NCBI GenBank assembly: GCA_045644145.1
Contig: JAZRGK010000016.1
Location: forward strand, 7,767-71,766
Direction: 5' to 3'
DNA length: 64,000 nucleotides
Source: Candidatus Flemingiibacterium sp.
GTDB lineage: Bacteria; Bacillota; Clostridia; Oscillospirales; CAG-272
Shown here: piece after piece, positions 60,307 to 64,000 of the stretch
Numbering within the stretch: position 1 is the first letter of the stretch
How the letters are laid out: each line of letters starts with the position of its first letter
Position numbers and translations under genes: made by a program
The notes under the pieces: model-generated
The model's database searches: none
What the model was told of the DNA's origin: nothing
Seen by the model: only the letters and a program-made list of their open reading frames with translations

Positions 60307-60990
60307 TTAAAATAATTGTTTTGTGGCGTTCTTTATATAAAAAATATTGGGGATATCCGAAATTTCGCCGGTGAGAGAAGATTCGGCGCAGGTGCATATA
60401 AGGGGCAGTGCAGACCTTTCGGCAAATTCTCTTGCCCACCCGTCGGTATCCCTTATATCCTCTCTTGTGGTTTCGCTTCCGAGGTTTGAGTTATTGACAA
60501 TGCCCGTTGCTTTTAGTCCTGCACAGTATTCGATCTCGCCAAGTATCATTTCTGCGCCGTCGATATCCTCTGTAAGTGGACGGTACTTGTTGATGACACA
60601 TAGAAGCTCATATTCACCGGGCTTAAAGAAGCGTCTGTACATTCCGAGAGCTACAGCACCGTTGTCGCCGCCAACATCTAAGATGGTGACGGTATCAGGC
60701 TCACGCTCGTGGGCTTCAAAAGCCCCGAGAACCGTTGGCGGCAGAGAGGGAATGTCAACGTTTGTGTTGGCGAAATCCGGCACCACACAGCGTATGCCGA
60801 GAGCTTCAAGCTCTGAGGTGTTATCAGCCGCACGGAAATAAGGATTGACGATGTCAAGATCTATAAGAGTCACACGGTTGCCTGCCGCGGCTTTTTCTTT
60901 TGCAAGATTTACCGCGAAATTAGTCTTTCCGGCACCGAAATGACCGCAGACGACGATCAGATTCTTCAAATTTTCAAGTGTTTTCAGCAT
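60307..60990 (-). CDS. Uncharacterised SIMIBI-class (MinD/CooC-like) P-loop NTPase, first gene of the oxidoreductase operon
   Basis: 227 aa from ATG 60990. The ORF is open to 61029 (TTG), and the start is uncertain with no strong RBS. The deviant Walker A is VVCGHFGAGKTNFAVNLA and the Walker B-like segment is VTLIDLDIVNPYF. It stops 22 nt before the ferredoxin gene. Confidence 0.65.
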   Translation of the reverse strand: MLKTLENLKNLIVVCGHFGAGKTNFAVNLAKEKAAAGNRVTLIDLDIVNPYFRAADNTSELEALGIRCVVPDFANTNVDIPSLPPTVLGAFEAHEREPDTVTILDVGGDNGAVALGMYRRFFKPGEYELLCVINKYRPLTEDIDGAEMILGEIEYCAGLKATGIVNNSNLGSETTREDIRDTDGWAREFAERSALPLICTCAESSLTGEISDIPNIFYIKNATKQLF

Positions 60991-61185
60991 GTCTTTATAC
61001 CGTAATTTTTTCTTGTGCCGAGGCATCAATACCTCGGCATAATTCGTGCTTATTTTTGCACTTATTATATTATATCATATAATGAACTAAAATAAAAGAA
61101 CATATCCGAAAATTTATTTAAATTTTTTTCTTCTTTAGTTGTACAAATTTTACAGTAGTGCACTTGTTTCGGGTGAAAACCGCAC

Positions 61186-61214
61186 TTGACAGTATACGGC
61201 TTTTAAGGTATAAT
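61186..61214 (+). promoter_or_regulatory. Sigma-A type promoter of the K+ uptake operon
   Basis: TTGACA (61186-61191), 17 nt spacer, TATAAT (61209-61214). Only about 45 nt of leader follows. Confidence 0.65.
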
Positions 61215-61263
61215 ATATCATAAAGATAAGTAATGCTCAATCCGGCAATAAAGGAATGATGGA

Positions 61264-62673
61264 ATGAACAAGACAGCAAGTAAGCATGTGCGGCGCGTAA
61301 AAATCAGGCTTAAGCCTAAAAGGCGTTTAAGCCCAACTCAGATTATACTGTTTGGATTTATGGCGTTGATACTCGTAGGAACACTTTTACTCATGCTTCC
61401 AATATCTTCGGTAAGCGGTGAGTTTACATCGCCTAAAAATGCTTTGTTTACCGCAACCAGTGCAACCTGCGTCACGGGGCTTATCGTTGTTGACACGGGA
61501 ACATATTGGAGCCTTTTCGGTCAGATTGTTATTTTGTGCATGATACAGATCGGCGGTCTTGGATTTATGACTATGGCGGTTATGATGTCCATATTCATAA
61601 AACGGCAAATAACGCCCCGTGAACGCCTGCTTGCCGCACAGTCCCTTGGTCTAAGCGGTGTTGGCGGTACGCTCAGACTTGTGCGAAGAATAGTCGCCGG
61701 CACGTTTTTTGCGGAATCTATAGGTGCTGTGGTGCTTGCAACTCAGTTTATCCCGCTGTTTGGATGGGCTAAAGGCATATACTACGGGATTTTTCACTCC
61801 ATATCCTCATTCTGCAACGCAGGCTTTGACGTGCTCGACGGAAGCTATGGATACGGCGGCGGATTTTCCAGCCTTACAAGCCTATCAAGTAACTACGTTA
61901 TAGGCATAACTATCATGCTGCTTGTAATCATCGGCGGCATCGGATTTATCGTGTGGGACGATATCGTAAATTTTGTGAAAGAGCACAAACGCTTTTCGGT
62001 TTACTCGAAATTTGTGCTGCTAATGACCTTCGGACTTATTGTGGGCGGCACGCTCTTACTCATGCTTTGCGAATGGAATAATCCTGACACAATAGGAGGC
62101 ATGTCGACGGGGGATAGAATATTCCAGTGCATTTTTCAGTCGGTAACAACACGCACCGCAGGAGTGGATATGATAAACAACGCCGCCATGACCGAGCCGT
62201 CAAAGCTTGTTTCAATGCTTCTCATGTTTGTGGGCGGAGCCAGCGGCTCAACCGCAGGCGGTATCAAGGTTGGCACCTTCGGTGTACTGTTTTTTGCGGT
62301 TTTGGCATTTTCTAAAGGTGATAGGGAGCTTTCGGTGATGAAGCGCAAGATATCTCACGAAACTGTCAGCCGTGCGCTTACGGTGGTTGGAATAGATCTG
62401 CTAGCCGTGTTTGCGGTGACTTTGATAATCACATTGACAAATCCGTGGGTGGGTGTGCTTGATGCACTGTACGAATGTTTCTCGGGTATTGCTACAGTAG
62501 GACTCTCGCTGTCGCTTACACCGTCGCTTTCTTCGGCGGCACAGCTTTCGGTGGCACTTCTTATGTTCTTTGGGCGTGTAGGTATTCTTACCGTTACCTA
62601 CTCCATCATGCTTAAAATGGCAAGAAAAAATAGCTGTATCAGCTATCCCGAGCTTAGTATGATGATCGGATAA
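61264..62673 (+). CDS. ktrB: TrkH/KtrB-family potassium uptake membrane protein
   Basis: 469 aa. The four MPM repeats carry selectivity-filter Gly motifs (TCVTGL, CNAGFD, RTAGVD, ATVGLS). Confidence 0.85.
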   Translation: MNKTASKHVRRVKIRLKPKRRLSPTQIILFGFMALILVGTLLLMLPISSVSGEFTSPKNALFTATSATCVTGLIVVDTGTYWSLFGQIVILCMIQIGGLGFMTMAVMMSIFIKRQITPRERLLAAQSLGLSGVGGTLRLVRRIVAGTFFAESIGAVVLATQFIPLFGWAKGIYYGIFHSISSFCNAGFDVLDGSYGYGGGFSSLTSLSSNYVIGITIMLLVIIGGIGFIVWDDIVNFVKEHKRFSVYSKFVLLMTFGLIVGGTLLLMLCEWNNPDTIGGMSTGDRIFQCIFQSVTTRTAGVDMINNAAMTEPSKLVSMLLMFVGGASGSTAGGIKVGTFGVLFFAVLAFSKGDRELSVMKRKISHETVSRALTVVGIDLLAVFAVTLIITLTNPWVGVLDALYECFSGIATVGLSLSLTPSLSSAAQLSVALLMFFGRVGILTVTYSIMLKMARKNSCISYPELSMMIG

Positions 62674-62688
62674 CTGTTTCAGAAAGGA

Positions 62689-63360
62689 ATGATCAGAACT
62701 ATGAAAAACAAAAAACGGAGCTTTTGCATAATTGGTCTTGGACGCTTTGGTCAGACTCTTGCTGCGAATCTTGCAAAAACAAATCACCAGGTGCTTGTTA
62801 TTGATATCGACGAGGACGTTATAAACACTATTGGTGACACCGTGACCAACGCGGTTGCAGGCGACCCCACAAACGAGGCGGTGCTCCATGCCGCCGGTGT
62901 GGCAGATTATGACTGCGCAGTTGTAGCTACGGCGGAAAGTATCAATGCCAGCATACTTACAACGCTTCTTTTAAAGGAGATTGGCGTAAAGCAGGTGGTT
63001 GCCCGTGCCGCAAGCGAACAGCACGGAAAGGTACTTGAGAAGATCGGCGCGGATATGGTGGTATTTCCCGAGCGTGACATGGGCGAGAAGCTTGTGAATA
63101 TTTTAGACCGCAACAATGTGCTTGAATATATCGAATTTTCCGACAGTCATTCCATAGTGGAAACCGCAGTGCCGAAAAAATGGATAGGCAAGACTTTGAT
63201 TGAGCTTGACGTGCGCCGCAAATACGGTGTTACCGTGCTTGCGGTAGGTGATGCTGAGGGAAGCATGAATATTTCCCCCGATCCCACAAAGCCCTTTACC
63301 GGAGAAGAAACCGTTGCACTTCTCGGAGAGAATAAAGCAATAGATAAGATAACAAAATAA
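62689..63360 (+). CDS. ktrA: TrkA/KtrA-family potassium uptake regulatory protein (RCK N+C domains)
   Basis: 223 aa (219 aa if the ATG at 62701 is used). The Rossmann motif is FCIIGLGRFGQTLA...VLVIDID, followed by an RCK_C tail. Confidence 0.85.
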   Translation: MIRTMKNKKRSFCIIGLGRFGQTLAANLAKTNHQVLVIDIDEDVINTIGDTVTNAVAGDPTNEAVLHAAGVADYDCAVVATAESINASILTTLLLKEIGVKQVVARAASEQHGKVLEKIGADMVVFPERDMGEKLVNILDRNNVLEYIEFSDSHSIVETAVPKKWIGKTLIELDVRRKYGVTVLAVGDAEGSMNISPDPTKPFTGEETVALLGENKAIDKITK

Positions 63361-63361
63361 G

Positions 63362-63408
63362 AAATCGACCGAAGCTTCAATATGCATGATGCTTCGGTCG
63401 GATTTTTT
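63362..63408. terminator. Bidirectional terminator (ktrA / PotD-like gene)
   Basis: ~14-bp stem aaatcgaccgaagc/gcttcggtcggattt (one bulge) with a 15-nt loop, followed by a T-run. Confidence 0.75.
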
Positions 63409-64000
63409 ATTTAGTGTAGTATCTTCTTCGTTTAAGATTTCTTATGTAGATGAACAGCGCATATACCGCGAGCGCGGCGATTATAACAGCGCAGGAGATG
63501 TATATCTCATTGCCAAGTGTAGCACTGTCTACCTTAAGCTTTTCCCAAAGGGAATTTATCATAGCCAAAGTGTCTTTGTCAAGGTCACGGTAAGCGTAGC
63601 TCTCGTACAGCGTGGAAAACTCAATGTCCTCCGGATACAGTAAAGCCATGCCTTCCTCTCCCATATAGTCTATGTATTCCTCGTTTTCATAGACCAGCCG
63701 GTTGGGAGATGCGTAGTAAATATACTCGGCGTTGGCAATAGCTATTTCCTCGGAGAGCATAAAGTTTATGTAACGCTCTGCGGCTTCCTTGTTCTTTGCG
63801 CCGGTTGGGATGCACATAGCATCAAAGAATGCATTTGTAACATAGTTCCCGTTTTCATCGGTTGGGTAGAAGAATGACAGAGCCTCATTGTTTTCCGCCA
63901 TCGAGAGATAGTCGCCAACATAATATGCGGCAATGGAAGCTTCCTCACCCTCCATTTTGTTGAAGATTTCATCCATTACATAGCTCTGGACGATAGGCTT
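63407..64000 (-). CDS. PotD-like polyamine ABC-transporter substrate-binding protein, C-terminal part (gene runs off the right edge) with a C-terminal TM helix
   Basis: The reading frame is open to the window edge. FFDAMCIPTGAKNKEAAERYINFMLSEEIAIANAEYIYYASPN matches the PotD/PotF C-lobe. It ends with a hydrophobic IYISCAVIIAALAVYALFIYI followed by RNLKRRRYYTK. Confidence 0.7.
   Translation of the reverse strand, partial: KPIVQSYVMDEIFNKMEGEEASIAAYYVGDYLSMAENNEALSFFYPTDENGNYVTNAFFDAMCIPTGAKNKEAAERYINFMLSEEIAIANAEYIYYASPNRLVYENEEYIDYMGEEGMALLYPEDIEFSTLYESYAYRDLDKDTLAMINSLWEKLKVDSATLGNEIYISCAVIIAALAVYALFIYIRNLKRRRYYTK

Noticed and set aside
61030-61263. Possible c-di-AMP (ydaO/kimA-type) riboswitch upstream of the K+ uptake operon
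   Set aside because: The consensus promoter leaves only about 45 nt of leader, and I could not find the conserved ydaO-type helices or ACGGGG-like segments.
1-64000. CRISPR arrays, IS elements, prophage, restriction-modification or known defence systems
   Set aside because: There are no arrays of 25-40-nt repeats with unique spacers. No transposase, integrase, reverse transcriptase, Cas or nuclease-helicase signatures appear in any frame. RecQ and MazG-like are in housekeeping contexts.

Overview
This window looks like an ordinary chromosomal segment of a spore-forming Firmicute that carries SLH (S-layer homology) proteins. The gene content resembles Clostridia (Oscillospiraceae/Ruminococcaceae), but the taxon is my inference. 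I can support about 58 protein-coding genes and 4 tRNAs: Glu-UUC and Met-CAU on the minus strand, Arg-UCU and His-GUG on the plus strand.

Gene order, left to right:
- 1-5 kb: AraC-type regulator fragment, tRNA pair, ECF S-component fusion protein, SLH/cadherin-like protein, ilvE.
- 5-16 kb: SulP plus a small FTR-like Cys protein, MBOAT plus a membrane-anchored partner, a DtxR-type repressor divergent from feoA-feoB and a Cys-rich peptide, yeiH-type exporter, MATE, mazG-like.
- 16-25.5 kb: tRNA pair, TM2/zinc-ribbon gene divergent from an XRE regulator, phosphoglucomutase plus TSCPD, htpG-aroC and a divergent pheA-like gene, acyltransferase-3, mscL.
- 25.5-42.5 kb: 940-aa phosphodiester-glycosidase/SLH protein, spoIIID, recQ, a 10-kb glgB-C-D-A-P plus GH13 operon, two small accessory genes.
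- 42.8-52 kb: glucokinase, the PAP2/YbaK-like/DUF512 radical-SAM/der/plsY operon, Fe-S flavoprotein, ThrE pair, M23 peptidase.
- 52-64 kb: 922-aa B-repeat/SLH surface protein, AT-rich DUF4085-like fragment, orphan ACP, ROK-like regulator, DUF1540, SIMIBI-type P-loop NTPase plus a four-subunit 2-oxoacid:ferredoxin oxidoreductase, ktrB/ktrA-type K+ uptake, PotD-like fragment.

I found no transposase, integrase, reverse transcriptase, CRISPR array, restriction gene or recognisable defence gene. I do not see a convincing novel multi-gene system.

The unusual signals are mostly non-coding or architectural:
- Two unassigned intergenic blocks (355-540 and 55107-55272) built from short palindromic units bracketed by 7-8-nt direct repeats.
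- A two-copy 22-25-bp perfect palindrome family with compensatory arm changes.
- A perfect 12-3-12 operator controlling a TM2 membrane-protein/XRE cassette next to tRNAs.
- Three GTTAG-N6-CTAAC sites around the feo locus.
- Several atypical domain architectures.

All protein family calls come from reading the translations and from memory. No database search was run.
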